Shown here piece by piece: positions 50,534-60,913 of a stretch of 64,000 nt of DNA. The stretch comes from Shigella phage ESh24: sequence record ON528734; one strand, 5' to 3'. Made by a program: the position numbers and the translations under genes. The notes beneath the pieces were generated by a model. The model searched no databases and was not told the DNA's origin. It saw only the letters and a list, made by a program, of their open reading frames with translations. Each line of letters starts with the position of its first letter. Position 1 is the stretch's first letter.

Positions 50534-51031
50534 ATGAAAATTTATCGTGTTGAATCATCGTTTAGTATTCTTGATTATGAAGATGCTATAACAATACGTC
50601 GAAATCTTTGTGTTCAAATAACGCCGTACAGGAGTATAATAGATTCATGGAGCGAAGAGTGGCTATTACACGTAGGTTATGACAGACCTAATTTTATGCA
50701 TCATAGCGATAATAAAAGAATTCCTTTACCACACGAAGATAAACTATTAGTTAAAAACGCTAATATAGTAATTAATACTAAGTTCAAGAAAGATTATGTT
50801 GGAGTAGAATATCATATTCCAGGATGGTTTATAGCTCTTTATCATTTTGCTTTCGCTAGTGAATATGATATGATGAGATGGTTCACACGAGAAGAGAGGG
50901 AAGAATTATCTTCTAAAGGATTTTATCTTGCTGTATACGAAGTTCCTGAAGATGAAGTTATCATTGGTGGGCACCAAGTAATGTTCCGCAAATCGCATGC
51001 TGAACTTGTAGATTTTATTGAAATGAGATAA
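50534..51031 (+). CDS. hypothetical protein (165 aa)
   Basis: GAGGA RBS. Confidence 0.55.
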   Translation: MKIYRVESSFSILDYEDAITIRRNLCVQITPYRSIIDSWSEEWLLHVGYDRPNFMHHSDNKRIPLPHEDKLLVKNANIVINTKFKKDYVGVEYHIPGWFIALYHFAFASEYDMMRWFTREEREELSSKGFYLAVYEVPEDEVIIGGHQVMFRKSHAELVDFIEMR

Positions 51032-51033
51032 TT

Positions 51034-51579
51034 ATGAAATTTAATTATAATCCTGAATGCATACCAAATCCGGTAGCTAAACTGATTGATTTTGATGTTG
51101 TAAGCACTTATGTATGCCCTGTTAAACCACTGGAAATTAAGGAACCTACTATGACTACCGCTATTGAAATCGGCAAAACCTACAAACTGGTTGAACCTAA
51201 AATTAAAACTAATGCCTTGATTTCTGGTCATAAAACTCTGACTGATGTTTTTGGCGAAGGCGAATTTATTGTTGAAGAATTTGCCAAAAGTGAGTGGTTT
51301 AACAAATCTTACGTCATCCACGGTCGCCGGTTAGATAATAACAAAATAAAGAAAAACCTGGTTTATGAAGATGAGTTCATCCTGTTCCAAGAAGTTGAAG
51401 AACAAGACCCTACAGACCTGTTGTGTGCTGCTGTGTCTATCCGTCGTCCTTTTGATAATCCTATCTGTGGTTGGGTAACAGACCAGTGGATTGAAGATGG
51501 TGTTGAGCTTCTGAACGTTGTCCATGCAGGAGATTTTAGTGTAGTACCTCGTAGTGCGGTGGTAGCTATTTTGAATTAA
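51034..51579 (+). CDS. hypothetical protein (181 aa), paralog of downstream MotB-like gene
   Basis: Shared C-terminal motif CGWVTDQWIEDGVELLNVV vs CGYITDQWVEDGVKLYNVV. Confidence 0.55.
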   Translation: MKFNYNPECIPNPVAKLIDFDVVSTYVCPVKPLEIKEPTMTTAIEIGKTYKLVEPKIKTNALISGHKTLTDVFGEGEFIVEEFAKSEWFNKSYVIHGRRLDNNKIKKNLVYEDEFILFQEVEEQDPTDLLCAAVSIRRPFDNPICGWVTDQWIEDGVELLNVVHAGDFSVVPRSAVVAILN

Positions 51580-51582
51580 TAG

Positions 51583-51613
51583 TTTACAAACTCTTGGGAC
51601 CAGAGTATAATGG
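51583..51613 (+). promoter_or_regulatory. T4-type early promoter
   Basis: GTTTACAAACTCTTGGGACCAGAGTATAAT. Confidence 0.7.
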
Positions 51614-51656
51614 TCCTGTGGAGTATAAAAATCTTTTTAACAAGTGAGAGATAACT

Positions 51657-52145
51657 ATGATTATTAATATTGGTGAAATTGCTCGTGTATCTGATAAATC
51701 CCGTTCTAAAGCAGCAGGAAAATTGGTCGAAATTGTAAGCATTCAGCTTAAACACGGCGTTAAAGATGAAGATTCTGAAGTAAAAGTGCGTATCATTCCT
51801 AAAGATGGAAAGTCTAAACCTCAGTTTGGTTATGTTCGTGCGAAATTTCTTGAATCTGCGTTTTTGAAAGCTGTTCCCGCTAAAGGAATTGAAACGATTG
51901 ATACTTCGCATGTAGGTGTAGACTTTAAGTGGAAACTCGGTCAAGCTATTAAGTTCATTGCTCCTTGTGAATTTAAATTTATCAAAGATGATGGAAAGGC
52001 TGCTTATACTCGCGCTATGTGTGGATACATTACCGATCAATGGGTAGAAGATGGCGTTAAGTTGTACAACGTGGTATTTTTAGGAACATACAAAGTCATT
52101 CCTGAAAGTTGGATTAAACACTATAGCAATGCTCTCTATGCATAA
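51657..52145 (+). CDS. motB: MotB-like protein (162 aa)
   Basis: Size and position between dexA and 39 consistent with T4 MotB; symbol tentative. Confidence 0.5.
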   Translation: MIINIGEIARVSDKSRSKAAGKLVEIVSIQLKHGVKDEDSEVKVRIIPKDGKSKPQFGYVRAKFLESAFLKAVPAKGIETIDTSHVGVDFKWKLGQAIKFIAPCEFKFIKDDGKAAYTRAMCGYITDQWVEDGVKLYNVVFLGTYKVIPESWIKHYSNALYA

Positions 52146-52175
52146 AGTTTAAAATTTTTTCATAAAACTATATAC

Positions 52176-52218
52176 ATCAGTAGTTGATTATGGTACTATA
52201 TCAATATCAACTACTGAT
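52176..52218 (+). repeat. 13-bp perfect inverted repeat (ATCAGTAGTTGAT / ATCAACTACTGAT) flanking a -10-like TGGTACTATA
   Basis: Arms 52176-52188 and 52206-52218, 17-nt spacer. Confidence 0.8.
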
Positions 52219-52317
52219 ATAGAAAACAACTTGGAGAATAAAATGGATAATTCGTTAAAGGTGCTGATACTCTTCTGAAACGCATCGCTCCAATGTTCAA
52301 TTAATGAGGAAATTGTA

Positions 52318-52533
52318 ATGAAACGTAAAATTGTTCAGAACTGCACTAATGACGAATTTGAAGATGTATTATTTGATCCAGATTTGGTAGTGGTTCAAAA
52401 GGAACACACTATTAAGTTTACTCACTTGACTTCTGTTTATGTGTATGAGAAAGTCGGTGATAAACAGCCAATTTACGGTGTATTTCGTGAAATTACTGAA
52501 GACGGCACAACTTACTGGAAGGAAATTTATTAA
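52318..52533 (+). CDS. hypothetical protein (71 aa); Cef-like by size and position
   Basis: GAGGAAA RBS; assignment by position only. Confidence 0.45.
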   Translation: MKRKIVQNCTNDEFEDVLFDPDLVVVQKEHTIKFTHLTSVYVYEKVGDKQPIYGVFREITEDGTTYWKEIY

Positions 52534-52952
52534 TGGCTATTAAATTTGAAGTTAATAAATGGTATCAATTTAAAAATAAACAAGCTCAAGAAAATTTTAT
52601 TAAAGACCATACTGATAACGGAATCTATGCACGACGTTTAGGTATGGAGCCTTTTAAAATTTTAGATGCTGATTATCTTGGGCGTCCTACTAAAATTATG
52701 ACATCTATAGGTGTACTCAAACGTTGTGCCGGCGGTGATATCCTTGACGAAAACTTTATCTGGCTCTCTACTAACGAAGCTGGGTTCTTTGATGAAGTTG
52801 AAAATCCATATCAGGCTGCTGAAGAACAAGAGCAGGAAGAGCAAGAACAAATAGAAGATTTCATAGAATTCCCGGTAATGAAAGTTACTATTGAAAATAA
52901 TGAACAAGCATGGTCCTTGTATCAGATGTTGAAAGCTCACTTTAAGGAATAA
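52533..52952 (+). CDS. hypothetical acidic protein (139 aa); goF-like by position
   Basis: TAATG overlap; Glu/Gln-rich segment [10 protein letters not shown]. Confidence 0.45.
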   Translation: MAIKFEVNKWYQFKNKQAQENFIKDHTDNGIYARRLGMEPFKILDADYLGRPTKIMTSIGVLKRCAGGDILDENFIWLSTNEAGFFDEVENPYQAAEEQEQEEQEQIEDFIEFPVMKVTIENNEQAWSLYQMLKAHFKE

Positions 52953-52954
52953 TT

Positions 52955-53131
52955 ATGCCAATGTATGATTATAAATGCCAATCCGAAGATTGCGGGCATG
53001 AATATGAAAAAATTAAAAAGATTTCTGAACGAGAAAATGATGTTTGCCCTAAATGTCATCGTTTGTCTACTCGTCGGCCTTCTGCTCCTAAGCATGTGAA
53101 TGGTGGTTTTTACGACTTACTTAAAGGGTGA
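52955..53131 (+). CDS. zinc-ribbon small protein (58 aa)
   Basis: CQSEDCGH...CPKCH four-Cys motif. Confidence 0.45.
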   Translation: MPMYDYKCQSEDCGHEYEKIKKISERENDVCPKCHRLSTRRPSAPKHVNGGFYDLLKG

Positions 53132-53133
53132 TT

Positions 53134-53505
53134 ATGTTTAAAATCGGTAAGAAATATCGTATTCGCGAAGGCGAAGAAAAGAAATATCTAATGTCTGCTA
53201 TTTATAGGAATGGTTCTATTAATGCTGTAATATCTACAAGCGAATTTATCGTTGAAGATATGAAAGGTAATAATGTTACAATGATTAGTACAGCATCTGG
53301 AAATGATGGAAAAATTCTTCACAGTTTTCAGAGTAATGTTCTAATTTATGATGAAGAATTTGACTTCTTCGAAGAAGTTCCTGAAGATTTTGATTTTGAA
53401 TGCACCATCACTATGAAATCTGGTGACCCTCTTTCTTTTACAGTTAAAGATGAAAGAAGCCGTTTAAGAATTATTAGTCTCCTTCAAGCCATTAAATTTG
53501 AGTGA
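53134..53505 (+). CDS. hypothetical protein (123 aa)
   Basis: ORF. Confidence 0.5.
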   Translation: MFKIGKKYRIREGEEKKYLMSAIYRNGSINAVISTSEFIVEDMKGNNVTMISTASGNDGKILHSFQSNVLIYDEEFDFFEEVPEDFDFECTITMKSGDPLSFTVKDERSRLRIISLLQAIKFE

Positions 53506-53509
53506 AATT

Positions 53510-53770
53510 ATGAAATATGTTAATCGTTCTATCGCGGCATTAGTATTAGCAGTATCTTTAGTAGGATGTACTGATGCTGATAATGCAACCAAAGTTTTGT
53601 CTTCAAGTGGTTTTACTAATATTGAAATCACTGGATACAATTGGTTCGGTTGTTCTGAAAATGATTTCCAACATACTGGATTTCGTGCTATTGGACCTAC
53701 TGGGCAGAAAGTAGAAGGAACAGTATGTTCTGGTCTGTTCTTTAAGGATTCAACTATTCGTTTTAAATAA
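53510..53770 (+). CDS. predicted lipoprotein (86 aa)
   Basis: Signal peptide with lipobox LVGC. Confidence 0.5.
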   Translation: MKYVNRSIAALVLAVSLVGCTDADNATKVLSSSGFTNIEITGYNWFGCSENDFQHTGFRAIGPTGQKVEGTVCSGLFFKDSTIRFK

Positions 53771-53795
53771 AAGGCCTTCGGGCCTTTAGCTTTAT
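53771..53795 (+). terminator. RNA hairpin / terminator (AAGGCC-UUCG-GGCCUU)
   Basis: UUCG tetraloop hairpin, T-rich tail. Confidence 0.7.
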
Positions 53796-53839
53796 GATTA
53801 CCGGAGTATAATATTCCCGAAACCAAACGAGGATAAGTG

Positions 53840-55657
53840 ATGATTAAGAATGAAATTAAAATTCTGAGCGATATTGAACATATCAAAAAGCGTAGTGGCA
53901 TGTATATTGGCTCTTCTGCTAATGAAATGCATGAGCGCTTTCTGTTTGGTAAATGGGAAAGTGTTCAGTATGTACCTGGTCTTGTTAAGCTTATTGATGA
54001 AATTATCGATAACTCAGTAGATGAAGGTATTCGTACTAAGTTTAAATTCGCGAATAAAATTAATGTTACCATTAAAAATAATCAGGTAACAGTTGAAGAT
54101 AACGGTCGCGGTATTCCACAAGCGATGGTTAAAACACCTACCGGTGAAGAAATTCCTGGTCCAGTTGCTGCTTGGACTATTCCAAAAGCAGGTGGTAACT
54201 TTGGCGATGATAAAGAACGTGTCACCGGTGGTATGAATGGTGTTGGTTCTAGTTTGACAAACATTTTTTCTGTGATGTTTGTCGGTGAAACTGGCGATGG
54301 TCAAAATAATATTGTAGTTCGTTGTTCAAATGGCATGGAAAATAAATCATGGGAAGATATTCCTGGAAAATGGAAAGGAACTCGTGTTACTTTCATTCCA
54401 GATTTTATGTCATTTGAAACTAATGAGCTGTCCCAAGTTTATCTTGACATTACACTGGATCGTCTCCAGACGCTTGCTGTAGTTTATCCTGATATTCAAT
54501 TTACCTTTAATGGTAAAAAGGTTCAGGGCAATTTTAAGAAATATGCACGACAGTATGATGAGCATGCTATTGTTCAAGAACAAGAAAATTGTTCTATTGC
54601 GGTTGGTCGTTCACCGGATGGATTTCGTCAATTAACTTACGTGAATAACATTCATACTAAGAATGGTGGCCATCACATTGATTGTGTTATGGATGATATT
54701 TGTGAAGACCTTATTCCACAAATCAAACGTAAGTTCAAAATTGATGTCACTAAAGCACGTGTCAAAGAATGTTTGACTATCGTTATGTTTGTCCGTGATA
54801 TGAAAAACATGCGATTTGACTCTCAAACTAAAGAACGACTTACTTCTCCATTTGGCGAAATTCGTAGTCATATTCAACTTGATGCTAAAAAGATTTCACG
54901 TGCTATTTTAAATAATGAAGCAATTTTAATGCCAATTATTGAAGCTGCTTTGGCTCGTAAATTGGCGGCAGAAAAAGCAGCAGAAACTAAAGCAGCTAAA
55001 AAGGCTTCTAAAGCTAAAGTTCATAAACATATTAAAGCGAATCTTTGTGGTAAAGATGCTGACACTACATTGTTCTTAACCGAGGGTGATTCAGCTATCG
55101 GATATCTTATTGATGTTCGCGATAAAGAACTTCATGGCGGTTATCCATTGCGTGGTAAAGTTCTTAATAGCTGGGGTATGTCATATGCCGATATGCTTAA
55201 AAACAAAGAACTATTTGATATTTGCGCAATCACTGGATTGGTTCTTGGTGAAAAAGCTGAAAACTTGAATTATCATAATATTGCTATTATGACCGATGCT
55301 GACCATGATGGTCTAGGAAGCATTTATCCTTCTCTTCTTGGATTTTTTAGTAATTGGCCAGAACTGTTTGAGCAAGGAAGAATTCGCTTTGTCAAAACTC
55401 CTGTAATCATCGCTCAGGTCGGTAAAAAACAAGAATGGTTTTATACAGTCGCTGAATATGAGAGTGCCAAAGATGCTCTACCTAAACATAGCATCCGTTA
55501 TATTAAGGGACTTGGCTCTTTGGAAAAATCTGAATATCGTGAGATGATTCAGAACCCAGTATATGATGTTGTTAAACTTCCTGAGAACTGGAAAGAGCTT
55601 TTTGAAATGCTCATGGGAGATAATGCTGACCTTCGTAAAGAATGGATGAGCCAGTAG
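53840..55657 (+). CDS. 39: DNA topoisomerase II large subunit (GyrB-like), single uninterrupted gene
   Basis: 605 aa; GHKL ATPase EDNGRGIP and Toprim LTEGDSA in one ORF, versus split 39 + 60 in T4. Confidence 0.93.
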   Translation: MIKNEIKILSDIEHIKKRSGMYIGSSANEMHERFLFGKWESVQYVPGLVKLIDEIIDNSVDEGIRTKFKFANKINVTIKNNQVTVEDNGRGIPQAMVKTPTGEEIPGPVAAWTIPKAGGNFGDDKERVTGGMNGVGSSLTNIFSVMFVGETGDGQNNIVVRCSNGMENKSWEDIPGKWKGTRVTFIPDFMSFETNELSQVYLDITLDRLQTLAVVYPDIQFTFNGKKVQGNFKKYARQYDEHAIVQEQENCSIAVGRSPDGFRQLTYVNNIHTKNGGHHIDCVMDDICEDLIPQIKRKFKIDVTKARVKECLTIVMFVRDMKNMRFDSQTKERLTSPFGEIRSHIQLDAKKISRAILNNEAILMPIIEAALARKLAAEKAAETKAAKKASKAKVHKHIKANLCGKDADTTLFLTEGDSAIGYLIDVRDKELHGGYPLRGKVLNSWGMSYADMLKNKELFDICAITGLVLGEKAENLNYHNIAIMTDADHDGLGSIYPSLLGFFSNWPELFEQGRIRFVKTPVIIAQVGKKQEWFYTVAEYESAKDALPKHSIRYIKGLGSLEKSEYREMIQNPVYDVVKLPENWKELFEMLMGDNADLRKEWMSQ

Positions 55658-55688
55658 TTTACTTTACCACAAGGATGTGGTATAATTA
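55657..55688 (+). promoter_or_regulatory. T4-type early promoter (GTTTACTTTACCACAAGGATGTGGTATAAT)
   Basis: Overlaps gene 39 stop; near-identical to promoter at 11079. Confidence 0.75.
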
Positions 55689-55712
55689 ATTTGGGCAAAT
55701 GAGGATATTGAA

Positions 55713-55916
55713 ATGAAATCATATAAAGTAAATTTAGAACTTTTTGATAAAGCAGTTCATCGAGAATATAGAATCATTCAACGCTTTTTCGATATGGGAG
55801 AAGCCGAAGAATTTAAAAACCGCTTTAAAGATATTAGAGATAAAATTCAATCCGACACCGCAACTAAAGATGAATTACTAGAAGTTGCTGAAGTTATTAA
55901 GCGTAATATGAATTAA
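55713..55916 (+). CDS. hypothetical protein (67 aa)
   Basis: ORF upstream of rIIA. Confidence 0.5.
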   Translation: MKSYKVNLELFDKAVHREYRIIQRFFDMGEAEEFKNRFKDIRDKIQSDTATKDELLEVAEVIKRNMN

Positions 55917-55926
55917 TGAGGAAATT

Positions 55927-58104
55927 ATGATTATCACCACTGAAAAAGAAACAATTCTTGGTAATGGTTCTAAATCAAAAGCATTTAGCATCACAGCATC
56001 TCCTAAAGTATTTAAAATTCTGTCATCTGATTTATATACAAACAAAATTCGCGCAGTAGTCCGTGAATTGATTACCAACATGATTGATGCCCATGCTCTC
56101 AATGGAAATCCTGAAAAATTTATCATTCAAGTTCCTGGACGTTTAGATCCACGATTTGTTTGCCGAGATTTTGGTCCAGGTATGAGTGATTTTGATATTC
56201 AGGGTGATGATAATTCTCCTGGTTTGTATAATTCATACTTCAGTTCATCTAAGGCTGAATCTAACGATTTCATTGGCGGATTTGGTTTAGGTTCTAAATC
56301 TCCGTTTAGTTATACTGATACATTTAGTATTACTTCATATCATAAAGGCGAAATTCGTGGTTATGTAGCTTACATGGATGGTGATGGTCCGCAAATTAAA
56401 CCTACATTCGTAAAAGAAATGGGTCCAGACGATAAAACTGGTATTGAAATCGTAGTTCCAGTTGAAGAAAAAGATTTTAGAAACTTTGCTTATGAAGTTT
56501 CTTATATCATGCGACCATTCAAAGATTTGGCTATCATTAATGGCCTTGACCGCGAAATTGATTATTTTCCGGATTTTGATGACTATTACGGTGTAAATCC
56601 AGAAAGATACTGGCCTGATCGCGGCGGATTATATGCTATCTATGGCGGTATTGTTTATCCTATCGATGGTGTTATTAGAGACCGTAATTGGCTAAGCATT
56701 CGCAATGAAGTGAATTACATTAAGTTTCCAATGGGTTCACTGGATATTGCTCCATCACGCGAAGCTCTTTCACTGGACGATCGCACTCGCAAAAATATTA
56801 TTGAACGAGTTAAAGAGCTTAGTGAAAAGGCATTCAATGAAGATGTAAAACGATTTAAAGAATCTACATCTCCTCGTCACACATATCGTGAATTGATGAA
56901 GATGGGGTATTCTGCTCGAGATTATATGATTAGTAATTCGGTCAAATTCACGACTAAAAATCTGTCATATAAAAAGATGCAGAGCATGTTTGAACCTGAC
57001 AGTAAGTTATGTAATGCAGGAGTTGTGTATGAAGTAAATCTTGACCCTCGACTGAAACGCATTAAGCAAAGTCATGAAACTTCAGCCGTTGCATCAAGTT
57101 ATCGTCTGTTTGGTATTAATACAACAAAAATTAATATCGTTATTGATAATATTAAAAATCGTGTTAATATTGTCCGTGGATTAGCACATGCGCTAGATGA
57201 TAGTGAATTTAATAACACTTTAAATATTCATCACAATGAGCGTCTTCTGTTTATTAATCCGGAAGTAGAATCGCAGATTGATTTACTACCTGATATTATG
57301 GCAATGTTTGAAAGTGATGAAGTTAACATTCATTATTTGTCAGAAATTGAAGCTTTAGTTAAAAGCTATATTCCAAAGGTAGTTAAAAGTAAAGCTCCTC
57401 GTCCTAAAGCTGCTACAGCATTTAAGTTTGAAATTAAAGATGGGCGTTGGGAAAAAGAGGAATTATTTACACTTACGTCAGAAGCAGATGAAATTACTGG
57501 TTATGTAGCGTATATGCATCGTTCTGATATTTTCTCTATGGATGGTACTACATCACTTTGTCATCCATCTATGAATATTTTGATTCGTATGGCTAATCTT
57601 ATTGGTATTAATGAATTTTATGTTATTCGTCCGCTTTTGCAGAAAAAGGTAAAAGAGCTTGGTCAGTGCCAATGTATTTTTGAAGCTTTACGTGATTTAT
57701 ATGTAGATGCTTTTGATGATGTAGATTATGATAAGTATGTAGGTTATTCAAGTTCAGCTCAACGATATATTGATAAAATTATCAAGTATCCTGAACTAGA
57801 TTTTATGATGAAGTACTTCAGTACAGATGAAGTTTCTGAAGAATATACACGACTTGGTAATATGGTTAGTTCATTACGCGGTGTGTATTTTAATGGTGGA
57901 AAAGATACCATCGGTCATGATATCTGGACAGTAACTAATCTCTTTGATGAATTATCACGTAATGCTTCAAAAAATAGTGATAAAATGGTTGCTGAGTTTA
58001 CCAAGAAATTCCGTATTGTTTCTGACTTCATCGGTTATCGCAGCTCTTTAAGTGATGATGAAGTTTCCCAAATCGCTAAAACTATGAAGGCCCTTGCGGC
58101 CTAA
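55927..58104 (+). CDS. rIIA: rIIA membrane-associated protein
   Basis: 725 aa; matches T4 rIIA. Confidence 0.95.
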   Translation: MIITTEKETILGNGSKSKAFSITASPKVFKILSSDLYTNKIRAVVRELITNMIDAHALNGNPEKFIIQVPGRLDPRFVCRDFGPGMSDFDIQGDDNSPGLYNSYFSSSKAESNDFIGGFGLGSKSPFSYTDTFSITSYHKGEIRGYVAYMDGDGPQIKPTFVKEMGPDDKTGIEIVVPVEEKDFRNFAYEVSYIMRPFKDLAIINGLDREIDYFPDFDDYYGVNPERYWPDRGGLYAIYGGIVYPIDGVIRDRNWLSIRNEVNYIKFPMGSLDIAPSREALSLDDRTRKNIIERVKELSEKAFNEDVKRFKESTSPRHTYRELMKMGYSARDYMISNSVKFTTKNLSYKKMQSMFEPDSKLCNAGVVYEVNLDPRLKRIKQSHETSAVASSYRLFGINTTKINIVIDNIKNRVNIVRGLAHALDDSEFNNTLNIHHNERLLFINPEVESQIDLLPDIMAMFESDEVNIHYLSEIEALVKSYIPKVVKSKAPRPKAATAFKFEIKDGRWEKEELFTLTSEADEITGYVAYMHRSDIFSMDGTTSLCHPSMNILIRMANLIGINEFYVIRPLLQKKVKELGQCQCIFEALRDLYVDAFDDVDYDKYVGYSSSAQRYIDKIIKYPELDFMMKYFSTDEVSEEYTRLGNMVSSLRGVYFNGGKDTIGHDIWTVTNLFDELSRNASKNSDKMVAEFTKKFRIVSDFIGYRSSLSDDEVSQIAKTMKALAA

Positions 58105-58115
58105 TAAGGAAAATT

Positions 58116-59054
58116 ATGTACAATATTAAATGCCTGACCAAAAACGAACAAGCTGAAATTGTTAAATTGTATTCAAGCGGTAATTACACCCAACAGGAAT
58201 TGGCTGATTGGCAAGGTGTATCGGTTGATACAATCCGTCGTGTTTTGAAAAATGCTGAAGAAGTTAAACGCTCTAAAGTTACTATTAGCGGTGATATTAC
58301 AGTTAAAGTTAATAGTGATGTAGTTATTGCTCCAGTTGCTAAATCTGACATTATTTGGAATGCATCTAAAAAATTCATTTCGATTACTGTTGACGGTGTA
58401 ACTTATAACGCAACTCCTAATACTCATTCAAACTTCCAGGAAATTCTCAATCTGCTTGTAGCGGATAAGCTGGAAGAAGCGGCACAAAAAATTAATGTTC
58501 GTCGCGCTGTTGAAAAATATATTTCCGGCGATGTTCGAATTGAAGGTGGAAGCTTGTTCTATCAAAATATTGAATTGCGGTCTGGTTTGGTTGATCGTAT
58601 TCTTGACTCGATGGAAAAAGGCGAAAACTTTGAATTTTATTTTCCGTTCTTGGAAAATCTGCTGGAAAACCCAAGCCAAAAAGCGGTATCTCGACTCTTT
58701 GATTTCTTGGTAGCAAACGATATTGAAATTACAGAAGATGGTTACTTCTATGCTTGGAAAGTAGTTCGCAGCAATTACTTTGACTGTCACTCAAATACCT
58801 TTGATAACAGTCCGGGTAAAGTAGTTAAAATGCCGCGTACTCGCGTGAATGACGATGATACACAAACTTGTTCTCGTGGTCTGCATGTGTGTTCTAAATC
58901 TTATATTCGTCACTTCGGTGGTTCAACCAGCCGAGTTGTAAAAGTTAAAGTTCATCCTCGCGATGTAGTATCAATTCCGATTGATTACAACGATGCTAAA
59001 ATGCGTACCTGCCAATACGAAGTAGTTGAAGACGTTACTGAACAATTTAAATAA
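58116..59054 (+). CDS. rIIB: rIIB protein
   Basis: 312 aa; adjacent to rIIA. Confidence 0.93.
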   Translation: MYNIKCLTKNEQAEIVKLYSSGNYTQQELADWQGVSVDTIRRVLKNAEEVKRSKVTISGDITVKVNSDVVIAPVAKSDIIWNASKKFISITVDGVTYNATPNTHSNFQEILNLLVADKLEEAAQKINVRRAVEKYISGDVRIEGGSLFYQNIELRSGLVDRILDSMEKGENFEFYFPFLENLLENPSQKAVSRLFDFLVANDIEITEDGYFYAWKVVRSNYFDCHSNTFDNSPGKVVKMPRTRVNDDDTQTCSRGLHVCSKSYIRHFGGSTSRVVKVKVHPRDVVSIPIDYNDAKMRTCQYEVVEDVTEQFK

Positions 59055-59070
59055 GGGCTTCGGCCCTTAA
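59054..59070 (+). terminator. RNA hairpin (AAGGGC-UUCG-GCCCUU), no T tract
   Basis: UUCG tetraloop hairpin; possibly an RNA stability element rather than terminator. Confidence 0.5.
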
Positions 59071-59082
59071 CTAAGGAAAATT

Positions 59083-59277
59083 ATGTTAGGTTATCAAGCA
59101 CGAGTAAAAGAAGAATACGATCAATTAATGCTCAAAATTAATGCACTGAGCAAATTTTTAGAAAGCGCAAAGTTTCTAACGGTTAGTGCAGTTGAGCAAG
59201 AACTTCTACTTTCACAGTTCATCTCAATGAAATCTTACGCAGAGTGTTTAGAAAAAAGAATTGCACAATTCAAATAA
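59083..59277 (+). CDS. hypothetical protein (64 aa)
   Basis: ORF between two hairpins. Confidence 0.5.
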   Translation: MLGYQARVKEEYDQLMLKINALSKFLESAKFLTVSAVEQELLLSQFISMKSYAECLEKRIAQFK

Positions 59278-59281
59278 AATA

Positions 59282-59305
59282 AGGGGCTTCGGCCCTTTTG
59301 TTTTA
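59282..59305 (+). terminator. rho-independent terminator (GGGC-UUCG-GCCC + T run)
   Basis: UUCG hairpin then TTTTGTTTT. Confidence 0.75.
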
Positions 59306-59341
59306 AGAGAAATTATGATTCCGACATAAAGGAAAGTTTAA

Positions 59342-59899
59342 ATGCAGAAAACAAATCCGGGTTTGCAGAGACTATTTCAGATTCCGACATTTACCCTATC
59401 GAACAGTGACTTGACTAGTGAAATGAAGGTCAAAATTGCTGATACAGCAAGATACTCTTTAAAACAAAATCCAAATCAGGATAAGGCAGAAGTTATCGAA
59501 AGATGCCGTATCGCTGTGTACGCAGAGTTTTTTGTGGCAGATTGGCTAAGCGGATATGTCAATAAAGGCCAAGAAGATGTCGATGATCCGTACACATATG
59601 CATGGGATGTTTTAGCACATCCAAAATACTGTGGGCTCCGTGTAGAAGTTAAGACACATCAAACTGACTCGCGTTGGATTTCGGTAACAACGGGATGCAG
59701 CGGAGAGTATCCATATGGTTCTGGAATAAATCTAGGGCCCATTCTAAATCATCAAGTCGCTGACTGTATAATTATATTCAACACTAAAGAAATTCATCCA
59801 GGTGTCATCCAGTACACTCCGAAGTTCATCGGTGATAGAGAAGACCTTCGTAAGGTTGTAAGAAAAAGCAACTACAACGGATGGTATCTTTCCATTTAA
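59342..59899 (+). CDS. denB: endonuclease IV DenB
   Basis: 185 aa; position after rIIB as in T4. Confidence 0.8.
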   Translation: MQKTNPGLQRLFQIPTFTLSNSDLTSEMKVKIADTARYSLKQNPNQDKAEVIERCRIAVYAEFFVADWLSGYVNKGQEDVDDPYTYAWDVLAHPKYCGLRVEVKTHQTDSRWISVTTGCSGEYPYGSGINLGPILNHQVADCIIIFNTKEIHPGVIQYTPKFIGDREDLRKVVRKSNYNGWYLSI

Positions 59900-59915
59900 A
59901 AAATTTCACAAAACG

Positions 59916-59947
59916 GTTTACATACCACAAGGACCGTGGTACTATAC
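59916..59947 (+). promoter_or_regulatory. T4-type early promoter with conserved leader cassette
   Basis: GTTTACATACCACAAGGACCGTGGTACTATACAATTATCAACTACGGAGGAGCGGAAAATG. Confidence 0.75.
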
Positions 59948-59973
59948 AATTATCAACTACGGAGGAGCGGAAA

Positions 59974-60237
59974 ATGAAATTTAAATTTTATTACGCTAAA
60001 CATAAAATAACTGATGAATTCGTGTCAGTTGAATATTCTAGCGATGATGAAGGTATGATTTATACTCGCTTAGGATTATCGCATTGGGAGTCTGATACGC
60101 CTTATTTTTCAACTCCCGAAGAAATTACACGCTTAGTTAATGGTCATATGAATGACCACTGGGATGTAATTCTTTCAGATAGTCTTAAAGCGGCTATTAA
60201 TAGTAATGAAATGAAAATTGCTGAGATTGAACTATGA
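59974..60237 (+). CDS. hypothetical protein (87 aa)
   Basis: Start after conserved leader. Confidence 0.5.
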   Translation: MKFKFYYAKHKITDEFVSVEYSSDDEGMIYTRLGLSHWESDTPYFSTPEEITRLVNGHMNDHWDVILSDSLKAAINSNEMKIAEIEL

Positions 60238-60421
60238 GTTCATTATGGTGGTGTTTTGTTTGGTTAATTAGTATTCCAGTAATTTGTTTAACATTTACTT
60301 TTGTGATGAGGTTATTATGAAAATTATGAATTCTGTACTTATTGCTTGCGCGTGGTGGGTTGCACAGGTTTCAGCGGTAGTAGTTGGTATTCACATTTAT
60401 TACGAATATTTTTAAAAAGCT

Positions 60422-60453
60422 GTTTACAAGACTGTTCTTCCGTGGTACTATTA
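60422..60453 (+). promoter_or_regulatory. T4-type early promoter with conserved leader cassette (variant)
   Basis: GTTTACAAGACTGTTCTTCCGTGGTACTATTACCCTATCAACTACGGAGGAACAGAAAATG. Confidence 0.7.
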
Positions 60454-60479
60454 CCCTATCAACTACGGAGGAACAGAAA

Positions 60480-60593
60480 ATGAAAAAGATTATTAAAGCT
60501 ATATGGAATGTAGTTATAATACTAATAGTTTTGAGTATATTCCCAATCGTTTTAATGATTGATGTATTAAACGCTTACTTTGGATTTATGTGA
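60480..60593 (+). CDS. small membrane peptide (37 aa)
   Basis: Hydrophobic; start after conserved leader. Confidence 0.4.
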   Translation: MKKIIKAIWNVVIILIVLSIFPIVLMIDVLNAYFGFM

Positions 60594-60600
60594 GGAAAAT

Positions 60601-60798
60601 ATGAAGCGTAAACGCAGTGCTTTTACATTTATTGAATGGTTTTTCGATAATATTTTTCCGGCTTTATTCATTTTCATGCTGATTTTTGCCTTAGGTTCAG
60701 TTGTAGTTGGAATCTATTTGATGGCGGTAGTCGGAATGGATATTCATCAAAATGGTTTAAAATCCGTAGTTGAAACAATTTGGAATGGTGTAAAATGA
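60601..60798 (+). CDS. small membrane protein (65 aa)
   Basis: GAGGAAA RBS; two hydrophobic segments. Confidence 0.5.
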   Translation: MKRKRSAFTFIEWFFDNIFPALFIFMLIFALGSVVVGIYLMAVVGMDIHQNGLKSVVETIWNGVK

Positions 60799-60913
60799 TG
60801 AATTTGTTGAGCGGTTGGTTTTATATTCTTATGTTTTACATTGGTGCAAATTTTCCATATTGGATGGGATGGTCAACAACTGCATTTGGATTTTATACTC
60901 CTTGAGGTGAATT

